From Octopus vulgaris (Eukaryota): a stretch of DNA of 64,000 bases. Below, one piece after another: positions 38,448-50,620 of this stretch. How positions within the stretch are numbered: the stretch's first letter is position 1; every line of letters begins with the position of its first letter. Where the stretch lies: positions 83,390,001 through 83,454,000 of the forward strand of contig OX597814.1 of assembly GCA_951406725.2 (NCBI GenBank), given 5' to 3'. A program made the position numbers and the translations under genes. The notes beneath the pieces are model-generated. The model was not told the origin of the DNA, searched no databases, and saw only the letters and a program-made list of their open reading frames with translations.

Positions 38448-41400
38448 TGAAGCCTATATTTCTTAAAGTTATTACTTAGATGGAAGAGGAAACAATGCCT
38501 ATCTTTTCAACTTCTCCCAGGCTAAGGTAGTTCATATTCATCGAAGAGAGACAATTTAGGTAGTGAGCATTTCAGAGTGTTAAGCTTGATTTACCCAATT
38601 CTTTAGTGTGGGCTTTGGATAATAAGATGCAGTTAGTATGATATGAGGAGGAGAGTCAGGTAAACTTGGGAAGAGGTATTACATAGCTTTTTACAGAGAA
38701 GCAAAAAAACTGTTGAAGTAGCAATAGATGAGAAAGAAGAAGAAACAGTGCACCAGTATATTAGTGGTTGTCACATGCTGGCATATGAACTGCCGATCAA
38801 CTGAATAGGCTTCTTTTCTTTTTTTTAGTCTGTTTCTTTTTTTGCAATTTTGTAATTAGTCTAAGATGTTGTTTAGGCTCAAATCAGCCTACATTGCCTG
38901 AGCCTATTACAAAAAGCATCTTCATCTGTTTTGAATGTCTGAGATTATATTATCTAGAGTGTCTTTCTTGTTTAAGATTTAAAGAATATTTGATTTTTGA
39001 TTTGAAGGACTTGATAATGCTATTCAGTTTGAAAGATATTTGGTTCCTATTTCTAGTAAATTGAACAATCTCATAGGGGCTCTCTCAATGGCTCATACAG
39101 AATCTCAGACAGTTGTTTGTGTAGAAGTAGTAGCAGTGCTAACTATTTAAGCAATCTTGTAACATGAACTATACTTAAATTTTACTGAAGCAGCAGCTGA
39201 TTAGAGTTGAAGTATATTTTAGTTCTAAAGATGAGAAGCAGATGGTACCTATAAGCAAATAACTTTGTTAGATTAGTTTTGTACCAGTTACAATTAAAAG
39301 TTGATGTTGAGTGTAATGACATTCTGTTCTAGAAAGTCATTAATCACTAGAATGTAATGTAGAAGAGCAGATCTCTAGTGGATCTAACTCTATGGAAATT
39401 ACTAAAGGTTATTGAAAAGAGACAGTGCCTCAAGATGATAAAAGAAGTGGTGATTTGATGCTAGCTCAGAAGCACAGTTTGAAAATAATTGCAATAACAC
39501 CATCAATACTGGTCACCTTGTTATATTATAGTAACCAGAGAAGTTTCCTTGGCAATTCTATGCATGTTGTAATGAAGGAGGTTGGATAGAAAAGCAAATC
39601 AAGAACAGTTTTGTTGTGTGAATGCAGTGTAGAATTTGAGGCAGAGTATGCAAAAAATATAGTTGCTTTATCAAATGGATCTCATTGTAGGTGAGATAGT
39701 TATGAAGATTCAGCAAAGTTATGAGAATGCATGACATATAATGTACAAAGGGATCCTTTTGAACACTGGTTCCACTTGGGGACAATAAGAAACTTACTCT
39801 AGATGTACATTTTTATATGAACCATTGGGATTGTGAGGAACATGAAGGAACTTATTGAGAAGGGTAGCCAGCCATTCACTTGACCATCTTGACTGAGTCA
39901 AAGGGAAGAATACCTGGTGTTAATGGTGATCAGGATAGAATTTGCACCGTCTTAACTAGTTAGCTGTCTTAAAGTACTACAGGGCTGAAAGAGTAGGGGA
40001 GGGGTTTTGTGGAGTGATGTGCTCTTTTTAAGCAGTGATCAAATAAATTTAATAAACGCAAATTCTGATGACAGGTAAAAAACTGGGTTTAGATGTTAAA
40101 AAGAGGTCAAGTTTGTTTAATTAATCTTTAAACTACTACTACTACTATCACAAGCCCTATACAGGAGCTACAATTCTACTCCTGTAGTTACTACTACTAC
40201 TAGTCTAATAGCTGGTGGATGTATTAGAATATTCATATGATCAAATCTCAAGCTTATTGATATGATGAAACTGCAATTATTTCTTTACTGTGTTGACGTT
40301 ACTGCTGCCACTGCTGTTGTTACTACTACTACTACTACTACTACTGCTGCTGCTGCCATTTTGCTCTCACGTAGTCAGAAAAAGTAAATTATTGCTTATT
40401 GCAAATGTCTGAAAGCTGACTGTTTTAACATTTCAGCTCTATTTAGATTCCATTCAGATTATTGCATATTAAATACCAAAAGAAAAAAAAGAAAAAAACA
40501 AGAATTATTTATGCCTCATGCTTAGACTCATTTGAATGATTTCTTCTCTACAGCAATCTTTTGTAAAAGGCTTCTCTGTTAAAGATAAGAAAAGAGTAAT
40601 AACCAATAGTGTTTAAATGTCTGCATAGGTGCGATTGTCAAGTGCTTATGTGCACATGTGTGTTCTTGTCGATACTAGCATTTAAAGATTAGTTTTTAAA
40701 TGTTTAAATGCTGAATATAGTTTAAAAACACACAAGCACACAATATAGAGAGTTGTAGATGGCTGATTTAATAGGATTCTGAAAATCTATAAAGTATGAA
40801 GAGTTTGTAGTTGTCACTGGTGCTGCACTGTACCCTTTGTCTGGCAATAATATACTGTGTCTAGTTCACCTGATTGTAAGTGGTACTACAAAGAAATGTA
40901 GCTGAAAACCAAAACTAGGGAAAGCACTAAACTTGATGAATGTTTCATTGGCTTGTATTCTTGAGTTCAACTACATCCACAAATATGGTTAGAAGAAGCA
41001 TTGTTTCCAAAATTACCTCACCTATATAACTGGGCAGACATAGCTATCTAGTTAAGCCTTTTTTTTTTTTGCTTAATATCCATGTAGTTCAAAGTTTGAT
41101 CCCACTTTGTGGTACTTTGGTAAAATATCTTCCACTACCACAGTCTTAAGTTGACCAAACCTTGTGAGTTATATAGGGAAGATGAAAACTATTTGGAAAT
41201 TTATTGTGATTTTAAGTTCTACTCCACTTCTTGATACCTTGGGCAAGTGTCTTTTATTCTAGCTTCACCTTGACAAATGCGTTGTCAATGAAATTTGTAG
41301 ATGGAAACTGTATGGAAGCTTATATATATATATATATAAATGTCTGTTGATTTGCCAAGAATCAATAAATTACAGAACTCAATACATAAGTGTAAAATGT

Positions 41401-41572
41401 TTTTTAATACATTGTAAGTGAAATGCTTATAACTCCAGTATTCCAAGTTACATGTTTCTGATCATTCAGCTGGTGATTTGAGCCTGCAAAAAATTACACA
41501 GATGTGTAGAATGATCTGGTGGTGATGCTGGGCTTTGTAATTTTTTCATAGCTCCCATGGTTACCGAGATAA

Positions 41573-42028
41573 TCTACTATAATAATACTCTTGTGTTTAT
41601 GAATGAGAAAGGAAAGGGTGATAGATGAATAAGGAAAGAAGGGGTGATGTCATACTTGGTAGTGGGATGATGAAAATTGCATGCTGAAAAAAATAAATCA
41701 AACAGTATTTCAACTCTGTGTGAATATATGTGTGTGTATGTAAAAGGGAGGGGGTTTGTGAATGTGTGTGTTTGTGTGTGCATGCACAATGGAAGTAGAA
41801 TGGTTCATCTTTGTTAGCTTAGTATTTGGGTTTATTTTTTGATTTGGTTGAACCTTGGCTGTTTTTCTTTTGTTGGTCAGTTGTTATTTTTAGCATTTTG
41901 ACAGAAAAAAGTCATTCTAAAATTGTTTTTTAATGTAAGCATGCCCAAACAAGTTGAATGCTTACATAGAGCAGGTTTTACAACCACATCATCCAAACTG
42001 ACCGGGTGAAACCGGGCTTAGCTGCTAG
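41573..42028 (+). mobile_element. Non-autonomous Helitron
   Basis: Host A|TCTACTATAATAAT 5' end. 3' GC hairpin CCGG-GTGAAA-CCGG (42002-42015) followed 9 nt later by CTAG|T (42025-42029). Inserted between A and T with no TSD. Confidence 0.7.
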
Positions 42029-42517
42029 TATGTATATAAGCAGCACATGCAAAAGCAACACATACAAAAGTGATTGTTTCAAGCTCACATTTTTCAATCC
42101 ATTTCTGGCTCTCTTGATACTTCCAACGTATTAAGCTTCATACAAACAAGTCACTCTTGTAACTTGCCTCATGAAATTGCATTGTTGTCTAAGTAATATT
42201 TTTAAAATAATGGATGAGTGTACATGCATTTGTATGTATGTGTTCACTGTATGTGCATCTGTATATGCACATATATACAACACACTCATGAACCCATATA
42301 TGCATATGTATAAGCATATATACTCATATACATATACAAGTACATATACTTATATACACATATTTTTTTTAAGTTTATCTCTACAGATTTTCTGTACAAT
42401 TGAGAGCCAACAATGTAAGTTATGATGTTATGTCTATGAATATATTTATGTAACAAGGTGATCAAAAATAGAAAAATTGGTAATAGGTGTGTATGCAATT
42501 AATAATTAACATACATT

Positions 42518-42519
<2 letters not shown>

Positions 42520-42571
<52 letters not shown>
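42520..42571. repeat. (CA)n microsatellite
   Basis: Direct read. Confidence 0.97.
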
Positions 42572-42575
<4 letters not shown>

Positions 42576-45500
42576 TTTACATATGTTAATTGAACATTTC
42601 AAAACCAACACACAAACACTATAAATGTCCTTGATCTCTTTCTCATCTCAGAACCTAACTCCACTCAAACCATCATCAACTCTGCACTTATGAAATTGTG
42701 TGATTTCAACATTATCACAACTACTCACCATATACCTGCATATGACACAAAACCCTCTAACTTCTCAGATTTTAAGTTAGCATGTAATACTTGGAGTAAA
42801 TCACCTATCTATCAATACTGTCTGACTGAACTTTAACCAAAGCTACAATTCCTACAAGGTCATCATCCAAACTGTGAATGATACTTTTGCGTTTCACACT
42901 GTGTAGACTAACTATCTAGTCTCCCAAATTGCAGTTAATCATTTTGACACCTTACCACAAGGATCTCTACCAATTTTGTGGAATCTTCTTAGCTTTCACT
43001 CCTCAACCATGAGGGTTCTGTAAGCAGTACTCCTAGGAAGGAAACTTTCACATTCCCTGTTTGCTTTACAACCCATTCTCCATGGCATATATTAGATGAA
43101 TCTCTCCAAAACTTTTGATTTCTACTCCGCCAGCCTCAACACCATTTAAATATATATATAAAGTTTGAAAACACTTTTACTTGTATTTGACCAACAAGGC
43201 CACCAGCTTTAACAATGTCCTTGCCATTACCCTCAAACATTAAATGATAGGACTACAACATAGCCTCACCAAATTCTCAAGTCTCAGTTTCTCTCCTTTT
43301 CTTTTTCTCTCTCTCACTACCCCCTTTCCACTTTGGTTTTATTCCCTACATCCTTCTTTCAGTATATATCAATTACCTACTTACCATCACTTCCAACAAC
43401 ACTCAGTCTTGTGCACATGAATCCCCTCCTTCACTGTTCATTAATTTTGTGAACCTTAACATCATCCACATGTAACTTAGATATCCATGCCAAAATTGTT
43501 CCGACTCCATGAACAAAGAGCACAAAAACATTCTCTGAAGGGATCATGGCATTCTTGTCTCCCTCAATAACAAAATGACATAATCAGTGTACATATCAAT
43601 AAAAAATTGCATCAGCTCCCCAAACATGAATAGCACACAACTAGAGCCCTCAACATTGCTACAAATACGGACCTCATCATCACTGAGCAGCTCTCCTAAA
43701 GAGTGCATACTTAATAATATAACAAAGACTGCATCCTAAAGACTTGGAAATAATTCAGTCTTCATCAACCATTCAACCACTAACCCTCTACAATGCCCAA
43801 GTGAAACCCATAATAGTGTATTTTATAAAAAAAAATTTACTTAATAGTTAAGGGCAATACCCATGATCATTACAAGACTTCTGAGACTGGTGGGTGGGAG
43901 GATTAAGGTGTCCTCAAATCAGGCATCTAGTCCAAATACTTGTAACAAAGTGGATTCTGCTAAAGGCACCCAAGGACTAGGTGATGCTGTTAAACTGAGT
44001 GATAGATAAGTCCACTACATGTGAAGCTACACACACACACACACAGACATCATTAACTGCATACAAAAGAAAGACATGAAGTCACTCACCAACATTCTTC
44101 ATCATCTGGCCCACAAACATTGTTGTCTTCTCTCACTAATGTTTCTGTTACTACTATAGTGGCTTCTGCTCCTTGGAGACTAGTGGGAGGAGGAATTAAA
44201 GTGTTCCCAAAGCAGAGAATTGATCCAGATGCTTTTAACAGAATGGACTTGTACCATCTTCACTCATCTCTTCTGTCATCACCCATATTTTCCTGCAACC
44301 ATCAATTTGCTAGTGTTCAAGAACAATGTTAACTGCTTCAGTTTTGCCAATTTTGGAGAGCCAGCAATGGCTATAAATTTAATTTCTTCTAACAGAATGA
44401 TGAAATTTTTGTTAAAAATTAAAATTTACAGAAATTCCAAGTTATGTAAGTTTGGATTTATTGATAATGTAAAATTGAAAAGTCAATTATATCTAATGAA
44501 AACAGGAAGATTGATACTACAACAATTTGTGTCTCACAATCATGCCTAATTAGTGTCACATTCATTTGGCATTTGAGAGTTTAGTGCTATAAGTCTAAAG
44601 GGATACAGTTATATCAGAATTTAGGAGCAAGCATAGCTGTATAGTTTAAAAAAGTTACTTTGCAACCACATAACTCTGCTATCAATCCTTTTGACTTGCA
44701 ACTTGGAAAACCAATACTGTATAGTGAGATTTAGTAGACAGAAATGTGCTAAAAGACACTGTGTGTGTGTTTGTGTGTGTGTGTATGCATGCACATGTGT
44801 GTGTATGCATGCACATGTGGGTGCATGCACTTGTATATGTGTGTGCATGCATGTGTTTGTAAAGAATAACCAATAAATCAATGCATTGAACACCTTGTAG
44901 TATATATTCTTTTTAAGTTACATCCATTTGCACAGAAGGAGGATTTAGCCACTCAATAAATAGATATTGATAAATTAAATACCAGACAAAGTATTGGGGT
45001 CAACCTAATCAACTAAAATGCTTGTAGGTGATGCCCTAACATGGACACAGCCTAAAGTCAGAAACATTAGAATAATGAAGGAGTGTCATGTACATTAAAT
45101 ACACTTTCACACTTTGAACTGTTTGGTTATCATTCTTTAGTGTTTCAAATATTGTTAGCTTGTTAGCCTTTGTTAAATCTACATTTGCGACTATACAATT
45201 TGGTCTATTATCTAAAAGTTGTATCATTATGCTACCTTTGTAAATCACGTTACAGGTTGCTTTAAGAGCCTTCAGGTAAACCAGCAGTAAATTCTGAAAC
45301 CAACAATTTCATTGTTATTCATGTAACTGAATATCTTTTACATATCTCTAATATGCTATAACAAGATAAATAGCCACATGTTTTAGCACGCTAATAGATG
45401 ACAATATTATGTGTTGTGTGCTTGATGATGATTAGTGCATGTTGTTGTTTTTTTAAGATTTTGGGGGAACAACCAACCAAATGTTGATGTACTATTGACT

Positions 45501-45729
45501 AATCATATTTCAATATGTTTGCAAATATTTCAGCTTATATACTGTCACACTGTTTCCTTTATTTCAATTATTTGAACAATTGAAAATGTGAAACTAAAAG
45601 TTATGAGTCAAGAAGTTTTAACTTTTTATAAAATACAGCTTAATGTATATAGTTATGTTATAAATATTAAGATACTTCTATACACTGAACTTTTTTTAGT
45701 TGTTGTTTGCATTGTTGTCACTGCCGCTA

Positions 45730-45935
45730 TAGTTGTTTAGCTCTATGTTGGCTCTGCTAAAGCAGACATGTGATCAAAGGCATTTCAGTTGTGACAATCC
45801 CATCTTTTTCCCAGGCACTATGCACTGAGACCTCACTATCCAATGTGTTTCTTTCTAATACAGTAGGTGTGATTAGAAGATATTTGGTTGCTATTACTAC
45901 CAGCTCTAACAACATTCAGTTTAGCAAGCCACTGG
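45730..45935 (+). repeat. Dispersed short interspersed repeat (unclassified)
   Basis: GTTGTTTAG..GCAGACATGTGATCAAAGGCATT..GATATTTGGTTGCTATT. Related copies at about 9940-10270, 38865-39095, 34900-35000(-) and 58860-59090(-). Confidence 0.6.
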
Positions 45936-48900
45936 AGTTCATATCTTGTCACTAGTGGTGTGCATATGAATGTGACAAGATTTAAACCATCATCTTTTCT
46001 GCCAGTAGGAAGTTAACATATTAACTCGTCTAGCTAGTATTTTAATTGCTCTTAAATCCAAATCAAATTTATCAGTAGTGTATCAATAAATTGTTTTGTA
46101 TCAAAGACTCTATCAAATAGTAATTTTTCTTGTAAGATATACAACAATGAATGACTATAAGTGTGGTTATTCTTTGAATTCATGAAATAAATCAAAACAT
46201 TTACTTGGCTTCACCTGATCAGAAGTATGTTATCAATAGATGACCAGCCCTAATGATTTTTTTTAAATGTTTGTAACTCCTGAGTTTTCAAAGTACTCAT
46301 CTATCTAAAAACTTATCAGACTTTGACATTATTAAGTTTTCTTAGTCTTGTTCTTAATTATTTATTCAATATTTTTGGAGGCCCACCCAGGTAGGTAAGA
46401 TTGATGCAGTTGTTGATCCACTTGATATACTAAAACTTAAATGCTCCTGCATTGGATAATGCATGAGGAATTCAAAGTTGTCTTGCAGGATTGGTCAACA
46501 GCTACCCTCTGTGCATCATTTCATTATAGGTTTACCAGGTCCCTGTTGATTGTCTGATTCCAATTCATCTTGGGTTAGGGTTAGGGTTCCTTGTGCAGTT
46601 GCCCTTAAAGGTTCTACTTAAGGACTTGATTGGTGAGTCTGTTTGTCAGGAGTGTTACATATCCTCAGTTGGCACTTGCAGATAGTGATGGTCATTGGGT
46701 GTTTTTCTTATGATTTCATTGCTAATGAAGTTGTTTTATTTGATACACAGTATTTTTTAAAATTCATTGTTGAAATTGTTCCTCTAGAACTGGTGATTGT
46801 GCAGGAAACATGGGTTATCTGAGAAGGATGTAACTCAAGGCAAAAAGAGATTAGGCAAAGTATTAAGTGCTGGATCTGGATATAAGGCACTTGAAGTATA
46901 ATGAAACTTGCTGGACATGGGCAAGGACAGAGGTGGTGTACAGCTTGCTAATTCAGAAGTGCAGAAGCTGTTATTGCAGTAGTATCAGGACAGGATGAGA
47001 ACCAGTATCTTCATACTTATACTATTGTATATTCTTAGGAAAGTACTACCTCATATCTCTTGTCAGATTATAATCAATTCGTTAAAATGCTATGGATCGA
47101 TTAATATAAGAAGGGAAATGTAAACATAGTACTGCATGGAACTATTACTTAAATCAATAACTGACATCTATCTTGATGTTACCCATTATATTTCATTAAT
47201 AATTAGTTCTATAACATTAAACAAGAGATATTGATCTCATGTGTGATATTTATTCTGAATTGTTTCCTTTTGGATATCATGCCACTTTACTTAGATACCT
47301 TTTCATTAGCTAAAGTGTTAGTTGATTTTTAATCTACAAGTAACTATAGTTGACAGTCATGTGAGATTGCTAGAACAGTGGAACTCCACCTTCACCCTCA
47401 ACATTAATTAATATTATTGCAACCAATAACCTTAAAATACAGTAATTAGTAAGATATTAATTACAAAACTATAAATTTTCATCGATACAGTTGTCATCTG
47501 TACATAAGTAACATGTCAAATATAAAAGCAGATAACGATAGGCCAGTAACAATAATTAACAAATTGTAGAAGTGATGAAGTAGCTAGTATTTAGTTTCAC
47601 CCCATGGATAGTGGACAGTTTAATAAGTATCAAACATGCACTTAAGCTGATTCAATTAGCTATATCCCCTTCCACACAATTTATGGTTTTCTGTCACATT
47701 GGGAAATCTTTAATCACCAACTACAGTTTGAATTTTGTAGGTTAAGACAGCTGACATCTCTCACTTGCAGTATTTTCTTCATATTCCAGCTGAGGGGAAA
47801 AAAGTATTTTTTAACTATGCAAACTTTAACTGCAGTTAAAACAAGGCTTAAAGGGGAATTATCCAAGCAACAAATTGGCTGAGACATTAGAATGTTAGAT
47901 AGAATGCATTTCAATGTTTGTTCACACTCACTGTGCTCTGAATTCAAGTCCTGCCAAAGCCAACTTTTTCCTTATTCCTTTCATTGTTGATAAATAAAAA
48001 TATCAAGTCAGGTCATAACTGACAGAACAAGGATGAGATGCCTTGAAGTATCTGTGCAGGATCTTTGTATTTAGCTTCCACTTACTATCAGTAATCTCCC
48101 TATGGAAGAATGAGGCTTCTTGAACCTTGGTAATGGTAGTAAACTTCTTGCATCAAATGGGACATACATCAATTGAAGCAAGTTCAATGCAAATAAAAAA
48201 AAAACATAAATAGAACAAATACTAGGACAGAAAAAATTGCCAGAAATGAGGCTGCTAAATCCAAAATCTCTATCTACAATAATATATCAGTACAATTAAT
48301 AATTTCTAACATTCAATAATAATAATAATTTCTAATGTTGTTAGTGCTAATAGCAATAAATAGTTTTAATCATCAGGAAAAAGTTTGTATATTTCCATTA
48401 TAATAAATGTCTTTTGTGAAAGATTCTTTTTAAGAAACATTTTCACCTTCACAAAATGTTATATAATGAAATAAAAGATAAATAAAATCTTTTTTCTTTA
48501 AACAAACCATGAAAACTGTCAACTTTTAAGCAATTAAGCTGCTAATTACACATCCTATTTTGCAAATTTCTTTCTATGACGGGGTTTGTAAATTTAAATA
48601 TTTGTATTATATGAATTTGCTTTGAATGGTTTTGTTTTAAGAAAAGGATATAATTAATTGTTGAGTAAAAAATGGTTGGATTATTTTGTGTATTTTATTT
48701 AATATTATGGTTTTTCTAAGAATAATTGGAGAATGAATGTTCATCCTATTATAAATCATTCAACTGTGAAGTCAGAGTGGAATCTTGTTTTTACACTGGC
48801 CAGACAAAAGCAAGCAAAGTTATGTGCATTAAAATAAAATGTTCATTTTATAAACATCATACATCCATTGAAATAAAAATTGACATTTTGATTTCTGTTG

Positions 48901-49594
48901 AGACAAATCTTCCTCAGAATAGGCTGCCAGTTTCTTGTAGTTAACTCTTGTATCTATGCCTAAAAGCTAAGTACACTGAAGCAAATAGAAAAAATTGCTT
49001 GCTCAAAGACATAACCAAACTAAGAATAATTGTGTATATAGTGGATATATTGTAGGAAAAAATAGAGTGATGAGAGAAAAAATATCATTGGGAATTGTAC
49101 TGTGTTAATTGGTATCATGAAGGTGAGAAAAGTAACAGCAGTGTATGTTTGTGTATGATGTGTAGTGTGCGTATTTGTATTCATCTTCAATTTTATGCAG
49201 TAGAGCTGGAAAAAATGATGAAGTGTGTGTATCTTGTGAAGTATGCATATGTTATATCAAAATACTTGCTGTGGATTTGGAACTCATAAACCCTGAGTTA
49301 ATGAATTGTAGGGACACTATATTTTGTTATGCAAACCAAAGTATATCAAACACTTTTATATGTCAAAACTGTGTTCTACTGTATTAGCAATGCCATTAAA
49401 TCAATTGTTAAGGTTATCTCTTGTTCATAACAAATCAGTGCTGGCTATAATTTGTATAGAAAATCTATAAAGAAAGATAGCCTTAATACCTGAGTTAATT
49501 GTCAAATACCATATATATAGTCTTTTCGCCTCTGCATTATGTGTTTAATTTAAGGCTAAAATGCAGTTTCTGTGCATTCCATTTGGTCAGAAGT

Positions 49595-50349
49595 TTAACA
49601 TTTGAAATTGAAGCAGGTGTTCTGCAGGGTGACACACTCACTCCTTTTTTATTCATCATTGTTCTTGACTATGTTCTACATATTTTCCTAGATGGTATGG
49701 AAGAAAAGGGACTCCTTTTGAAACCCCACCAGAGCAGTCAGCATTGTGCACAATATTTAACTGATCTTGACTTTGCTGACAATCTTGCCTTGATATCCCA
49801 TTGTATTAAAGATGCAGAATCTTTGTTACAAGCACTGGAGAAAGCAACAGACCAGGTTGGCCTTTACTGCAATGAGAGTAAGACAGATTTGATCACAACC
49901 TCTTCCAAGTTAACTGAACTTAAATCACCCAATAATATATCAATCAAAAACGTTGATGACTTTAAATATCTTGGATCACATATAGCAGACTCCCAAAAGG
50001 ACTTTAACATCCACAAAGCTCTTGCTTGGGATGCATGTAACAGACTTGATAAGATCTGGCACTCAAACCTTCCCCCCACATTAAAAGTTAAATATCTAAA
50101 ACACTGACTGAGCCGGTCCTTCTCTATGGATCGGAGACCTGGATCTTATTGGCTCTCTTAGAAAAACAACTAGGTGAAACATAGCAGCCTGCTTCTCCAG
50201 GAAACTGACATTTCCAGATACCATATCTTGAGACTCAAGGCTGGATATTAGAGATCTGAACACAACAATGCAGGACCGTGTAGTGTGGAAAGGGATTGTC
50301 AATGGAGTTCTGATCAACCATAGGTTGGTTGAAGGATGATGAAGATGAA
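49595..50349 (+). mobile_element. 5'-truncated, internally deleted RTE/RTEX-like LINE
   Basis: FEIEAGVLQGDTLTPFLFIIVLDYVL, LTDLDFADNLALIS, VDDFKYLGSHI, LYGSETW in a shifted frame, and a GATGA-rich tail. Confidence 0.88.
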
Positions 50350-50379
50350 CATTTTAAACTTACTGCCATTGTATCTCTC

Positions 50380-50620
50380 TTATTCTTTATCTCTTACTTG
50401 TTTCAGTCATTGAACTGCAACCATGGTGGGCTACACCTTGAAGTTCAGTTGGAACAATCAACTACAGTATTTATTTTTAAGTCTGATATTTTATTGGTCT
50501 CTTTTACCAAACTGCTAAGTTAAAGAGACAAGACAGCACTGGTTGTCAAGTGGAGGTGGAGGCGACAAACACACACATGCACACAGATAAATAGATATGA
50601 CAAGCTTCCACAAATTCTAT
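50380..50620 (+). mobile_element. SINE-like repeat (third family)
   Basis: TTACTTGTTTCAGTCATTGAACTGCAACCATGGTGGGCTACACCTTGAAG. Related copies at about 52840-52930, 31045-31095(-) and 45020-45070(-). Confidence 0.6.

Noticed and set aside
42600-43560. C-rich segment possibly a very old Penelope-like remnant
   Set aside because: The motifs are too degraded to support by eye.
46571-46588. GGGTTAGGGTTAGGGTT telomere-like repeat
   Set aside because: Fewer than three full units; too short to call an interstitial telomere.
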